64,000 bases of DNA from Candidatus Oxydemutatoraceae bacterium (GCA_965220085.1 CBDCOZ010000002.1:128001-192000), one strand, 5' to 3'; positions 29,663 through 40,304 are shown, counted from the first letter of the stretch. The notes: generated by a model from the sequence alone, not told the origin. Program-made: numbers and translations.

Positions 29663-30083
29663 TACTCCCCCTTGCGAGGGAGTCGAGGCGTCTCCCTGTT
29701 CGGTAGCATGTTGATACCACATTACTCCCCCCTTGCGGGGGAGTCGGTGCGAGGGGATGGCTCGCGCTATCGCAACGGGCCATTACACCCCCTCGCAGGA
29801 TGCCAGCAGCGCTCTCCCCTCGCGGGAGAGTCGGGTTGGCATGCCGCCGCTTTTTGCGCCGCCCTTGTGGCACTCCCCCCTCGCGGGAGAGTCGGCGTAG
29901 CACAGCTTCGCCGGAGAGGGGGAAGGAGCAGACTTCAATGCGCTTTGTGTCTTCACCAAACCTTGCCTCCTCGCCGCATCGTCCGTCCTCTGCGGCTTGT
30001 CCTCTGCGCTTGGCGCAAGCCGGAAACTTTCCCACAAGGAGGTTTCGCCGGCGGAGCAATTCTCCCGCAAGGGGAGAGTATTG
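29663..30083. repeat. Cluster of REP-like GC palindromes, same family as 22411-22829
   Basis: At least five (A)CTC(C/T)CC(C)TC/TGCGGG(A/G)GAG hairpins; shares CTCGCCGCATCGTCC and GCAAGCCGGAA..TTTCCC blocks with the 175-bp unit. Confidence 0.8.
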
Positions 30084-30084
30084 C

Positions 30085-30774
30085 TTACTGCGCGGGGTCA
30101 TAAACCGCCGCGATGCTTTTGTGCGGCAGGAAAATGCCGCAGCCGATCACCCGGTGTTCGCCGAGCCCGCGCTGTTGCAGGCGTATGGAATCGTTAAAAC
30201 TGAGACCGTCGACCATCAGGCTGCGACAGCTTAATTCCCCTTCGCGACCCGCGATCGTGTGTTGGCGCCCGGTCATAATCCTCAGTGTCGTGATGTCTTG
30301 TCGCTTCAGCATAGCGGCGACCCGCTCAAGAAAAGCGCTTTCATCCAGCGGCGCGGCAAAGGCGATGCGGCGCGCAAACAACGTGGTCTCACGGCTCAAC
30401 AAGCGCGTGCGCGAGACCCCGAGTCGCAAGTCGTAACCGCCAAGGCCGAGGGTTTGGCGTTCCAGCGCGCGGGCTACTTCGACCTGCTCTGCCGGCAGCC
30501 GCACGATAAAGCGCGCCCGTTTTGAGAGGTGAATAATACCGCCGGCGGCGGGGCGCATCCAGCCGTTGCCGGATTCCGCTCCGTGCAAGGTATGGATGCC
30601 GATATCGGGATTGTCCCTGACCCACGGCAGCGCATCTGCCACCGCCCGATACAGCGCTTTGCCATGGTCGATCGGCAACTTCGCGCACGTCACACGGAAT
30701 ACCAGATCGACGATGTCCTCGGGCACCTTGGGCGGCCGGGCTTTGGTATCGCTGTCTTCCCAATGCAGGCTCAC
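30085..30774 (-). CDS. Orphan Cas6/Cmx6-like RAMP protein
   Basis: VDLVF...LPIDH..ALY, GIHTLHGAESGNGW, C-terminal G-loop GLGEHRVIGCGIFLPHK; no other cas gene or array in the window. Confidence 0.75.
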   Translation of the reverse strand: MSLHWEDSDTKARPPKVPEDIVDLVFRVTCAKLPIDHGKALYRAVADALPWVRDNPDIGIHTLHGAESGNGWMRPAAGGIIHLSKRARFIVRLPAEQVEVARALERQTLGLGGYDLRLGVSRTRLLSRETTLFARRIAFAAPLDESAFLERVAAMLKRQDITTLRIMTGRQHTIAGREGELSCRSLMVDGLSFNDSIRLQQRGLGEHRVIGCGIFLPHKSIAAVYDPAQ

Positions 30775-30968
30775 CGGATGTTATCGGCCGAGGTAAAAGC
30801 CGCCTCAAGTTGCTCTTGCCAGTTCTCCGGGGTATCCGGAAACGGCGGTCGGATATCCATCTCTATAAACATCTCCCCTCTGCGCGCGCACTCCTTGACC
30901 AACTCGAGCAGTTGATCAAAGCGCTCCATTTGGTGGTCGCCGACCAGTATCGCGCTCAACCTCAGCAC
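30771..30968 (-). CDS. Small dsr-associated hypothetical protein
   Basis: FIEMDIRPPFPDTPENWQEQLEAAF; overlaps the cas6-like start. Confidence 0.7.
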   Translation of the reverse strand: MLRLSAILVGDHQMERFDQLLELVKECARRGEMFIEMDIRPPFPDTPENWQEQLEAAFTSADNIR

Positions 30969-31006
30969 CGCAACCGCCTCTTTGTCTTGCCGGATATCAT
31001 CGCTTG

Positions 31007-31888
31007 TTACAGGCGGCAGAGTTGTTGCCAGCCGGTGTCCGGCAGGCGCTTGTGATAGCGCGCCCGGTACAGCAAGCGTTTGCTTTCGGCGCCGCTTTCA
31101 AACGCGCTGCGGTCGTGCAACACATTATTGCAAATCACCCCTTCGCCGGCCTTGAGTTGTCGCACCAGTTGATACTTTTCGTGGTGCGAGACTATCTCCC
31201 GTAAGCGGGACAATGCTTGCGCGCATTCCTTGCGCCACGTGATATTGCGCTTGCGGTCGGTATAGCGCATGAGCAGATTGCCGTCGGCATCGCTTGCGAG
31301 CGCCGGGTTGCTTTGTGCGGGGCGGCTGCCGTTCGCCGGAATGGTCATCGCCTCGGGGTGCATCAAGGTGCGGATATGTTCGGGGTTTTCATCCCGCAAC
31401 AGGATATAGATGATGTCGGGGTCAAGGTAGCGGTTTATCCCGCCCTCTTTTGCCGGGCGAACACAATGCATGATGAACGAACCGATAGCGTGTGTCGCAT
31501 CGTTATAGTAACCGTCGGTGTGCCAGGTCAGGGCGCTGTCGGAATAGGGTATGTAGTCGCTGTCATCGGTTTCTTGGATCAGGCTGATGTGTTGCGCGTT
31601 GGCGCGCGGGTTGGCGACCGGTTCGTCAAGACCGAGTCGCTGTCCGAGCGCGCGGATGTCGGACGGGCGCACTGTCGTTTGTTGCGACCGATAAAAGCAG
31701 ATGTTTGTCTTGCGGCATTGGCGCTTGATCGCTTCGATGTCTCGGTCGTTGAGCTCTGCCGGACTTTTGATCGCAATCGGGGCGGTCGCCGGATGTGTCC
31801 AGGCTTCAAACTTGTGTTTGCGCCAGCGCCGGTAAGTCGCCTCGTCGCTGCCGAGGAGGTCGGCGCATGTTGTATCTTGTTGTTTCAT
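31007..31888 (-). CDS. TauD/TfdA-family dioxygenase
   Basis: LTWHTDGYYN (HxD), NNVLHDR, RLLYRARY; divergent from dsrA. Confidence 0.85.
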   Translation of the reverse strand: MKQQDTTCADLLGSDEATYRRWRKHKFEAWTHPATAPIAIKSPAELNDRDIEAIKRQCRKTNICFYRSQQTTVRPSDIRALGQRLGLDEPVANPRANAQHISLIQETDDSDYIPYSDSALTWHTDGYYNDATHAIGSFIMHCVRPAKEGGINRYLDPDIIYILLRDENPEHIRTLMHPEAMTIPANGSRPAQSNPALASDADGNLLMRYTDRKRNITWRKECAQALSRLREIVSHHEKYQLVRQLKAGEGVICNNVLHDRSAFESGAESKRLLYRARYHKRLPDTGWQQLCRL

Positions 31889-32059
31889 ACTGTATTACAT
31901 TGAAAAGCACGGTCGGCGGCAGAGCCCCCTCATTCAAGCCAGATTTTACAACACTTTGAGAGCGCTGTGCGGCTGTGTGGTAAAATCGCACGACGCTCAA
32001 GGCAAAGACTATTTTAATTTCAGAACCTGACAACTTGAGTTTATTACAGGGGGTTAATA

Positions 32060-33331
32060 ATGGCAGATAAGCAACACCACGAAACACCGATGCTCGATGA
32101 ACTGGAGAAAGGCCCTTGGCCGAGCTTCATATCCGGCATCAAACGGCTCAGAGACGGTCATTCCGACGACCGTATCAACGCAGTAGCGAATGACTTGCTC
32201 GGGCAACTCGAGCATTCTTATGAAACCCGCAAGGGCTATTGGAAAGGCGGCACGGTGAGTGTCTACGGTTACGGCAGCGGTATCATTCCGCGCTTCTCCG
32301 AAGTCGGCAGCGCGTTTCCGGCATCCAAAGAGTTCCACACCTTGCGAGTGCAACCTCCGGCCGGCAACTACTACACGACAGAGATGTTGCGCAACCTCGC
32401 CGACAGTTGGGAGAAATGGGGCTCCGGGCTTGTGACCTTCCACGGTCAGACCGGCAACATCATGTTTATCGGCGCTTCCACCGAGAATACCCAGCATTTC
32501 TTTGATGAAATAAACGATTACGGCTGGGACTTGGGCGGCGCGGGGCCTTGTGTGCGGACGGGACAATGTTGTGTCGGCGCGGCGCGTTGCGAGCAATCCA
32601 ATATTGACGAGATGAAAATCCATCGCACCTTGCTCAACAACTTCACCGATGATGTCCACCGCCCTTCCCTTCCTTACAAATTCAAATTCAAAGTGTCCGG
32701 CTGTCCCAACGACTGCATGAACTCAATCGAGCGCGCCGACTTTTCTATCATCGGCACCTGGCGCGATGACATGAAAGTCGATCAAAAGGAAGTGAAGGAA
32801 TACGTGAACAAGAAAGGGCGTCAATACATTGTCGACAATGTGGTTGCGCGGTGTCCGACAAAAGCGTTGTCATTGAAAGACGACGACACGCTGGAGGTCG
32901 ACAACCGCAACTGCGTGCGCTGTATGCACTGTCTGAATGTGATGCCGAAAGCGTTGTCGCCGGGAGATGACAAGGGCGCGTCCCTGTTGTTGGGCGGCAA
33001 GCGCACGCTGAAAGTCGGCGACCTGATGGGGACGATGATCGTTCCGTTCATGAAGTTGGAAAGCGAAGAAGACTTTGAGCGTTTGGTCGAAATTGCCGAG
33101 GAGACGATAGACTTCTGGGCTGAGAACGGTCTGGAGCACGAGCGGTGCGGCGAGATGATAGAGCGCATCGGTCTGGTCAATTTCCTCGAAGGCATCGGGA
33201 TTGAGGTGGACCCCAATATGATCAACGACCCGCGCACCAGTTCGTATGTGCGCGTTGACGATTGGGAAGACGAAGCGACGAAATGGTTTGCGCGCAAAGC
33301 TGGCAACGGCAACGGTCGCGCGGTCGCATAA
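32060..33331 (+). CDS. dsrA: Reverse dissimilatory sulfite reductase alpha subunit
   Basis: TPMLDELEKGPWPSF, WKGGTVSVYGYG, YKFKFKVSGCPNDC. Confidence 0.98.
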   Translation: MADKQHHETPMLDELEKGPWPSFISGIKRLRDGHSDDRINAVANDLLGQLEHSYETRKGYWKGGTVSVYGYGSGIIPRFSEVGSAFPASKEFHTLRVQPPAGNYYTTEMLRNLADSWEKWGSGLVTFHGQTGNIMFIGASTENTQHFFDEINDYGWDLGGAGPCVRTGQCCVGAARCEQSNIDEMKIHRTLLNNFTDDVHRPSLPYKFKFKVSGCPNDCMNSIERADFSIIGTWRDDMKVDQKEVKEYVNKKGRQYIVDNVVARCPTKALSLKDDDTLEVDNRNCVRCMHCLNVMPKALSPGDDKGASLLLGGKRTLKVGDLMGTMIVPFMKLESEEDFERLVEIAEETIDFWAENGLEHERCGEMIERIGLVNFLEGIGIEVDPNMINDPRTSSYVRVDDWEDEATKWFARKAGNGNGRAVA

Positions 33332-33346
33332 GACGGGAGGGTATTC

Positions 33347-34420
33347 ATGGCACAAGAACATCGCGAACCGATAGAGTCGGGCTGTCCCGACGGCTTTCAA
33401 TATATGCACCCGATAATGCGCAAGCATTACGGCAACTGGGCGTATCACGACGACCCCCGTCCGGGGGTGCTCAAGCATGTCGCGCACAATGGCGAGGAGG
33501 TATGGACGGTGCGCGCGGGGACGCAGCGCATCCTCGATGTCTTTACGTTGCGCAAACTGTGCGAACTCGGCGAGGAGTACGCCGACGGCTATGTCCGCTT
33601 CACCATCCGCAGCAACATTGAGTACATGGTGGCCGACGGGTCCAAGGTGGAAGCGCTGATTCAAGCGATCGAAGACGCGGGGTTTGTCGTCGGCGGCACC
33701 AAGAACTCGGTGACGATGATATCGCACACCCAAGGCTGGTTGCACTGTGACATTCCGGGTACCGATGCGTCGGGCGTCGTCAAGGCGATGATGGATGAGT
33801 TGATCAACGAGTTCAAGAACTGGAATATGCCGAATCGCGTGCATATAACCACCTCTTGTTGTCAAATCAACTGCGGCGGGCAAGGCGATATTGCGATCAA
33901 TATCCAGCACACCAAGCCGCCGAAGATCAATCACGACCTGGTTTCAAATGTGTGCGAGCGCCCTTCGGTCGTGGCGCGCTGTCCGGTGGCGGCGATTCGC
34001 CCGGCGCTGGTCAACGGCAAGCCGTCGTTGGAAGTGGATGAGAAGAAATGCATTTGTTGCGGCGCGTGTTACCCGCCGTGTCCGCCGATGCAAATCAATG
34101 ACCCCGAACATACCAAGCTCGCGATTTGGGTCGGAGGCAACCACTCAAACGCGCGCGGCAAGCCGACCTTCCAGAAGTTGGTCGCGGCGGGCATCCCCAA
34201 TAATCCGCCGCGGTGGCCGGAAGCGACTGCGGTGGTCAAGAAGATTCTCAAGACCTATAAGGAAGATGCCAAAGACTGGGAACGGCTGAACGATTGGATC
34301 GAGCGCATCGGCTGGCCGCGTTTCTTTGAGTTGACCGAATTGCCGTTTACCAAGTTCCACATTGATAACTGGCTCGGCGCAAGACGCAGCCTGAACGCGT
34401 CGGCGCATGTGCGCTTTTGA
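33347..34420 (+). CDS. dsrB: Reverse dissimilatory sulfite reductase beta subunit
   Basis: HTQGWLHCDIP, CCQINCG, CICCGAC, NNPPRWPE. Confidence 0.98.
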   Translation: MAQEHREPIESGCPDGFQYMHPIMRKHYGNWAYHDDPRPGVLKHVAHNGEEVWTVRAGTQRILDVFTLRKLCELGEEYADGYVRFTIRSNIEYMVADGSKVEALIQAIEDAGFVVGGTKNSVTMISHTQGWLHCDIPGTDASGVVKAMMDELINEFKNWNMPNRVHITTSCCQINCGGQGDIAINIQHTKPPKINHDLVSNVCERPSVVARCPVAAIRPALVNGKPSLEVDEKKCICCGACYPPCPPMQINDPEHTKLAIWVGGNHSNARGKPTFQKLVAAGIPNNPPRWPEATAVVKKILKTYKEDAKDWERLNDWIERIGWPRFFELTELPFTKFHIDNWLGARRSLNASAHVRF

Positions 34421-34441
34421 TGCGGTTTCGTTGCCGGCGCC

Positions 34442-34834
34442 ATGAAGCTGTCTGTTCTTGTCAATGAAGGCCCCTATACGCATCAGGCATCTGACAGCGC
34501 GTATCTCTTCGCGAAGGCGGCGCTCGAACAAGGGCACGAGATTTACCGCGTCTTCTTTTATCACGACGGGGTCAATAACGGCACCCGCCTCACCGTGCCG
34601 CCGCAGGACGATCGCAATCTGGTCGATCTGTGGTCGCAACTTGCAAAAGAGCGCGCGCTGGATTTGGTAGTCTGCGTCGCCGCCGCCCAACGTCGCGGGG
34701 TTCTCGATCGGGACGAAGCCAAGCGGCACAGCAAGGATGCCGACAACATCGCCGACGGGTTTCGCATCTCCGGCCTCGGTCAATTGGTCGAGGCGGGCAT
34801 CCAATCCGACCGCTTGGTGACCTTCGGCGACTGA
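34442..34834 (+). CDS. dsrE: Sulfurtransferase DsrE
   Basis: VFFYHDGV, VCVAAAQRRG, ISGLGQL. Confidence 0.96.
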   Translation: MKLSVLVNEGPYTHQASDSAYLFAKAALEQGHEIYRVFFYHDGVNNGTRLTVPPQDDRNLVDLWSQLAKERALDLVVCVAAAQRRGVLDRDEAKRHSKDADNIADGFRISGLGQLVEAGIQSDRLVTFGD

Positions 34835-34869
34835 TATTTGGCGCACAGTCATAAGAGTAAGAGAAAGAG

Positions 34870-35295
34870 ATGGAAGAACAGCAGAGCAACGGCATAACCA
34901 AGAAGTTCATGTGCGTAAACCGCAGGGCGCCGTACGGAACGATATATGCGCTGGAGTCGTTGGAGGTCGTCCTCATTGCCGCCGCGTTTGAGCAGGACAT
35001 CAGTCTGGTGTTTATGGATGACGGGGTGTATCAGTTGATGAAAGCGCAGGATACCGCCGCTATCGGCGTGAAGAATTTTTCCCCCGCATACTCGGCGCTC
35101 GGCGATTACGATGTCAAAAAGATCTATATAGAGAGCGACTCGCTGAAGGAACGCGGCCTCAGCGAGGACAAGCTCCTGGCCTTGTCCTACGAAGACGAAG
35201 ACGATGACTGGAAAGAGAAAAGCTCCGTTCGCATCGTGGGTCGCGACGAACTGGCAAAACTGATGTCCGAGCAGGATGTCGTACTCAGCTTTTGA
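34870..35295 (+). CDS. dsrF: DsrF
   Basis: RRAPYGTIYALESLE, FMDDGVYQL. Confidence 0.96.
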   Translation: MEEQQSNGITKKFMCVNRRAPYGTIYALESLEVVLIAAAFEQDISLVFMDDGVYQLMKAQDTAAIGVKNFSPAYSALGDYDVKKIYIESDSLKERGLSEDKLLALSYEDEDDDWKEKSSVRIVGRDELAKLMSEQDVVLSF

Positions 35296-35308
35296 TGCGG
35301 AGATGGGA

Positions 35309-35608
35309 ATGTTATCGATAGTCAACAAATCGCCCTTTGAACGGAACGCTTTGTCTTCGTGCTTGCGGATGCGGCACAAAGGGGCGGTGTTGTTGATCGA
35401 AGATGCGGTCGTCGCGGCGCAGGCCGGCGCGCGTTTTGAGGAATTGATTCAAGAGGCGCAAAGCCATCTTGATATTTATGTGTTGATGCCCGATGTCAAA
35501 GCGCGCGGCATGGACAGCGCGGACTTGATTGAGGGGATTAAACCGGTTGATTACAATGGGTTTGTTGATCTGGTTGCGCATCACGATAATGTGCAATCAT
35601 GGCTATAA
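35309..35608 (+). CDS. dsrH: DsrH
   Basis: VNKSPFE, LLIEDAV, DYNGFVDLV, QSWL. Confidence 0.95.
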   Translation: MLSIVNKSPFERNALSSCLRMRHKGAVLLIEDAVVAAQAGARFEELIQEAQSHLDIYVLMPDVKARGMDSADLIEGIKPVDYNGFVDLVAHHDNVQSWL

Positions 35609-35644
35609 TTATTACGAGTATCAGATATTCAGGAGGGTTGAACT

Positions 35645-35977
35645 ATGGCACTTGAAATTGACGGCAAAGTTTATGAAACCGACGAAGAAGGTTATCTCGC
35701 TAATCTCAGCGATTGGAAACCGGAGCTGGCGACAGCGATGGCTCAGGTCGATGGGGCTGAGTTGGATCAAAATCACTGGGAGGTGATTAACTTTCTGCGC
35801 GAGTATTACGAGGAGTACCAGATTGCGCCGGCGGTCCGTGTGCTGACCAAGGCGATCGGCAAGAAGCTGGGCAAAGACAAGGGCAACAGCAAATACTTGT
35901 ATGAGTTGTTCCCGTACGGCCCGGCGAAGCAGGCCTGCAAATATGCCGGTTTGCCGAAGCCGACCGGTTGCGTCTGA
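35645..35977 (+). CDS. dsrC: DsrC
   Basis: C-terminal QACKYAGLPKPTGCV with both cysteines. Confidence 0.97.
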   Translation: MALEIDGKVYETDEEGYLANLSDWKPELATAMAQVDGAELDQNHWEVINFLREYYEEYQIAPAVRVLTKAIGKKLGKDKGNSKYLYELFPYGPAKQACKYAGLPKPTGCV

Positions 35978-36014
35978 GCGGGCCCTGAGTGGCTTTTGTA
36001 AGCAAGGGGTAGTC

Positions 36015-36764
36015 TTGTCTGCGCTGACGGTTATATACGCGCTATTGTTTTATTCTGCTGCCGCGTTTCTGGCGGGCGGGCTTGCGTATCGCATATTCGT
36101 TTATAAGCGCACTCCCGCCCCCCTGAAGGTGCCGACGACGCCGGCGCCGACGACTCGCGCCGGCGTGGTTTGCCGCATGTTCAGAGAAGTCGTGTTCTTT
36201 GAGAGCCTGTTTAAGTCCAACAAATGGACCTGGCTTTTCGGCTGGCTTTTTCACTTCGGCTTGTTGCTGGTGTTGTTGCGGCACTTGCGCTACTTTACCG
36301 AACCGGTATGGTTTTGGGTCGAATGGTTGCAACCGCTTGGCAAATACGCCGCGTGGATGATGGTCGCGGGGCTTGCCGGGCTCTTTCTGCGCCGGCTCGC
36401 GGTTGACCGGGTGCGCTACATCTCGGCGCCGTCGGATCATCTCATGTTGTTGCTGTTGCTGGCGATAGGAGCGAGCGGCATTTTGATGACGTTTTTTTAC
36501 CCCGTGGACATAGTGGGACTCAAGGGCTTCTTTCTCGGCCTGATGTATTTTGACTGGCTGCCGTTGCCGGCGGACCCGTTGCTTTTGATTCACCTCGCAT
36601 TGGTCATCGCGCTGATGGCGGTGTTCCCGATAAGCAAGTTGTTGCATGCGCCGGGAGTGTTTTTCAGCCCGACCCGAACGCAGGTGGATAACCCGAGGAG
36701 AAAAAGACACATTGCCGAGTGGGCGTTGAAACTCGAACGGTCGGACGGCGCGACGAGGAAATAA
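36015..36764 (+). CDS. dsrM: DsrM membrane b-type cytochrome
   Basis: FHFGLL...RHLRYF, FPISKLLH; TTG start after AAGGGG. Confidence 0.93.
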   Translation: MSALTVIYALLFYSAAAFLAGGLAYRIFVYKRTPAPLKVPTTPAPTTRAGVVCRMFREVVFFESLFKSNKWTWLFGWLFHFGLLLVLLRHLRYFTEPVWFWVEWLQPLGKYAAWMMVAGLAGLFLRRLAVDRVRYISAPSDHLMLLLLLAIGASGILMTFFYPVDIVGLKGFFLGLMYFDWLPLPADPLLLIHLALVIALMAVFPISKLLHAPGVFFSPTRTQVDNPRRKRHIAEWALKLERSDGATRK

Positions 36765-36766
36765 TC

Positions 36767-38299
36767 ATGGCCGAAGCCGAATATCAAATACCCGAATACA
36801 GAGAATACCGCGCCATTCCCAAGTTGCGCGAAGAGGCGATGGCGGACAGCAAGCCGTTTGAGGCCAAACCGCAGTTTCAGAAACCGCTGGGGTTTCCGGG
36901 AGAGTTGGTCGATGATTGGGAGAACAAAGCGGTCGAGAAGATGGGCAGTCTGGTCGGCAAATACCGCACCCTGCGAGTGTTTCTGGACTCGTGCGTCAAA
37001 TGCGGCGCCTGTACCGACAAATGTCATTACTATCTGGGCACGACAGACCCGAAGAACATGCCTGTCGCCCGTCAGGATTTATTCCGCAAAGTATACCGCC
37101 GCTATTACACGTTTGCCGGCAAGTATTTCCCGTGGTTGGTCGGCGCGCAGGATATGACCCGCGAAGTGCTGGATGATTGGTACAGCTATTTCCACCAGTG
37201 CTCGCAGTGTCGCCGCTGCTCGGTGTACTGCCCCTACGGCATAGACACGGCGGAGATATCCATGGCCGCTCGCGAAGTGATGGACCACGTGGGCAAGGGA
37301 CAGAAATATTGCAATGAGATTATCGGCAAAGTGCACTCGATAGGCAACAACCTCGGTCTGCCGGAACCGGCGTTGCGCGATACTTTGGATGGTTTGGAAG
37401 AAGAAGTGTTTGAAGACACCGGCGCCAAGGTGCGCTATCCGCTCGATGAGAAAGGCGCCGAGGTGTTGTTGGTCACCCCCTCGGCGGACTTTTTTGCCGA
37501 GCCGCATGTGGACGGCTTGATCGGCTACGGCAAGGTGTTCCATCAAGCCGGCATATCGTGGACACTGAGCTCGCAAGCCAGCGAAGCGGCAAACTTCGGT
37601 CTTTTTATCGGCAGTTATGAGAACATGCGCAAGATCGCGTTGCGGGTGCGGCGGGCAGCCATAGACCTCGGTGTCAAAAGAATCGTGTTTGGCGAGTGCG
37701 GGCATGCGTGGCGGGTGGCGTACAGCTTTTTGAATACGCTTGCGGGCCCGTTTGACTTTCTGGACCCCGATTATCCGGTGCCGCAACACATCTGCGAAGT
37801 GACCCACGACCTCATCAAGCAAGGCCGGTTACGCCTGGACCCGTCGCAAAACGACGACATGGTTTTGACTTTTCACGACTCGTGCAATGTGGCGCGCGCC
37901 TCGCGCATGGGCGATGTCGCGGGCGGGCAGTTTGCGATTCCGCGCGAGATTCTCAAAGCCTGTTGCAATCACTTTTACGATATGCCTTCCGATACCATCA
38001 AAGAGGGCACATACTGTTGCGGCGGCGGCGGCGGGCTGTTGACCGATGACTTGATAGAATTGCGCGTGAAAGGCGCGCTGCCGCGGATGGAGGCGTTACA
38101 GGAAGTGACAGAGGATTACGGCGTCACCCATATGGCGGCAATCTGCGCCATCTGCAAAAGCCAGTTTTCCAAAGTGTTGCCCCAATACGGATTTTCAATG
38201 GATCAAATCGTCAGTTTGCATCAACTGGTGAGCAATGCGATAGTGCTGGAGCGCGAAAGCGGCGCGGATGCCGAAACAGCGCAGGATGAAGCGGCGTAA
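36767..38299 (+). CDS. dsrK: DsrK
   Basis: CVKCGACTDKC, CSQCRRC..YCPYGID, CCGGGGG. Confidence 0.96.
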   Translation: MAEAEYQIPEYREYRAIPKLREEAMADSKPFEAKPQFQKPLGFPGELVDDWENKAVEKMGSLVGKYRTLRVFLDSCVKCGACTDKCHYYLGTTDPKNMPVARQDLFRKVYRRYYTFAGKYFPWLVGAQDMTREVLDDWYSYFHQCSQCRRCSVYCPYGIDTAEISMAAREVMDHVGKGQKYCNEIIGKVHSIGNNLGLPEPALRDTLDGLEEEVFEDTGAKVRYPLDEKGAEVLLVTPSADFFAEPHVDGLIGYGKVFHQAGISWTLSSQASEAANFGLFIGSYENMRKIALRVRRAAIDLGVKRIVFGECGHAWRVAYSFLNTLAGPFDFLDPDYPVPQHICEVTHDLIKQGRLRLDPSQNDDMVLTFHDSCNVARASRMGDVAGGQFAIPREILKACCNHFYDMPSDTIKEGTYCCGGGGGLLTDDLIELRVKGALPRMEALQEVTEDYGVTHMAAICAICKSQFSKVLPQYGFSMDQIVSLHQLVSNAIVLERESGADAETAQDEAA

Positions 38300-38348
38300 C
38301 CGAGTTATGCCACAATATAAAGAATAAAGACTGAGGAGAAAAAACAAC

Positions 38349-40304
38349 ATGTCAGACGCAACTACAAAACCGGAAGAGAAAAAACTTACTTTTAGAAAAT
38401 TCAGAGACGGCGAAAACAAATGGGGGAGCTTTACGGAAAGCATTTTCTCCGCCGATACCTCGAGCAAGTGCCCGACCTATGTGCACCGCACTCCCCCGTG
38501 TCAGGGCAGTTGCCCTTCGGGCGAAGACATTCGCGGCTGGTTGTCGATCGTGCGCGGGATTGAGAAACCGGCGGAAGGCGTTTCTATGCAGGAGTATGCA
38601 TTTGAGCGCGTCACCGCCGCCAACCCGTTTCCGTCCATGATGGGCAGAGTGTGTCCGGCGCCGTGTCAGGACGGGTGCAACCGCAATCACGTCGAGGACT
38701 ATGTCGGCATCAATGCGATCGAACAATACATAGGCGACACCGCGATTGAGAAGAACCTCGCCTTTGAGTGCGACACGCCCTTGAGCGGCAAGAAGGTCGC
38801 TATCATCGGCGGCGGGCCTGCGGGCATGTCGGCGGCGTATCACTTGCGGCGCAAGGGTCATGCCAGCGTCATTTTTGATGAGCACGAAGAGCTCGGCGGC
38901 ATGATGCGCTACGGCATACCGAATTACCGGACGCCGCGCGCATTCCTGAACAAGGAGATTGAGCGCATCCTGGCGATGGGCGGCATCGATACCCGCTTGA
39001 ACGTCTGCGTGGGCAAGGATGTCAGCGTTGAAGAGATTGAAAAAGAATACGATGCGGCGCTGTGGTGCGTCGGTTGTCAGACCGGTCGCGATCTGCCGAT
39101 TCCAAATGGCGATGCGCCAAACTGCGTCAGCGGCGTCAAGTTTCTTGAGGCCTTTAACAAGGGCTTGCTCAAGGTCACGGCGGACAAAGTCATCTGCATC
39201 GGCGGCGGCGACACATCCATCGATGTGGTATCGGTTGCCAGACGCCTCGGGCGCATCGATCTGCCGGATAAGAAAGCGCGTCCGGAGCATGTCATCGGCG
39301 GCTATGTCGCTCACGATTCGGCTTTTGCCTTGGCGCGCGAAGGCGCGCAGGTCACATTGACTTCGCTGTTTGCGCAGGAAGAGATGACCGCCAGCGAGCA
39401 CGAAGTGCAAGACGCATTAAAGGAAGGGGTTGAGATTATCAACGGTGTGATGCCGGTTGAGGCGTTGCTCGACGACGAAGGCCGCGCGAAAGCGGTGAAG
39501 TTGGCAAAGTGCGAATTTGCAGACGGCAAGCCGAAGCCGATAGAAGGCACCGAGTTTGAAATTGCGTGCGACTTGGTTGTCAGCGCGATAGGACAGGGCG
39601 GGCGCCTTGACGGTCTGGAGCAGTTTGACAACGGGCGCGGCTTGATGGATGTCGACAAGTTCTATGCGCTTGCCGACAAGCCGGGGCACTTTGCCGCCGG
39701 CGATATCATCCGCCCGCATTTGCTAACGACGGCGATCGGGCAAGGGTCTATCGTTGCCGACAGCATTGACTGCTACTTGGAGAGCGCCGAGCAACCTAAG
39801 CGCCCGCGCGTCGATGTGCACCATTTTAATTTGCTCAGAAAGCTGGGCGAAGCAGGGCTTGAGCCGGAGAATTTTGAGGGCGGCGAAAAGCGCGGCACCT
39901 GCGAAGCGGACTTTTCCATTCACAACTACGAAGACCGCTCGGCGCAGGAGATCATCTCGCACGAGCGATTGTTTTTGGCGCACTTTGAATATGTCGATCG
40001 CAATATCCGCGAAGGCCGCGGGCCCGATACCGAAGCGGTGCTCGGTCACTTTGAGGAGCGGAGCATAGGGCTTGATGAGGCGCAGGCGATTGCGGAAGCA
40101 AACCGTTGCATGAGTTGCGGCATGTGCTTTGAATGCGACAACTGCGTTATTTTCTGTCCGCAGGATGCGGTCTTTCGGGTGGACAAGGCGAAGCAGACGC
40201 TGGGGCGCTATGTGGATACCGATTACGACCGTTGCGTGGGCTGTCATATCTGCGCCGATGTCTGTCCGACCGGCTATATTGACATGGCATTGGGGGATCA
40301 CTGA
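38349..40304 (+). CDS. dsrL: DsrL NAD(P)H oxidoreductase
   Basis: TPPCQGSCP, GRVCPAPC, IIGGGPAG, C-terminal ferredoxin motifs. Confidence 0.95.
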   Translation: MSDATTKPEEKKLTFRKFRDGENKWGSFTESIFSADTSSKCPTYVHRTPPCQGSCPSGEDIRGWLSIVRGIEKPAEGVSMQEYAFERVTAANPFPSMMGRVCPAPCQDGCNRNHVEDYVGINAIEQYIGDTAIEKNLAFECDTPLSGKKVAIIGGGPAGMSAAYHLRRKGHASVIFDEHEELGGMMRYGIPNYRTPRAFLNKEIERILAMGGIDTRLNVCVGKDVSVEEIEKEYDAALWCVGCQTGRDLPIPNGDAPNCVSGVKFLEAFNKGLLKVTADKVICIGGGDTSIDVVSVARRLGRIDLPDKKARPEHVIGGYVAHDSAFALAREGAQVTLTSLFAQEEMTASEHEVQDALKEGVEIINGVMPVEALLDDEGRAKAVKLAKCEFADGKPKPIEGTEFEIACDLVVSAIGQGGRLDGLEQFDNGRGLMDVDKFYALADKPGHFAAGDIIRPHLLTTAIGQGSIVADSIDCYLESAEQPKRPRVDVHHFNLLRKLGEAGLEPENFEGGEKRGTCEADFSIHNYEDRSAQEIISHERLFLAHFEYVDRNIREGRGPDTEAVLGHFEERSIGLDEAQAIAEANRCMSCGMCFECDNCVIFCPQDAVFRVDKAKQTLGRYVDTDYDRCVGCHICADVCPTGYIDMALGDH

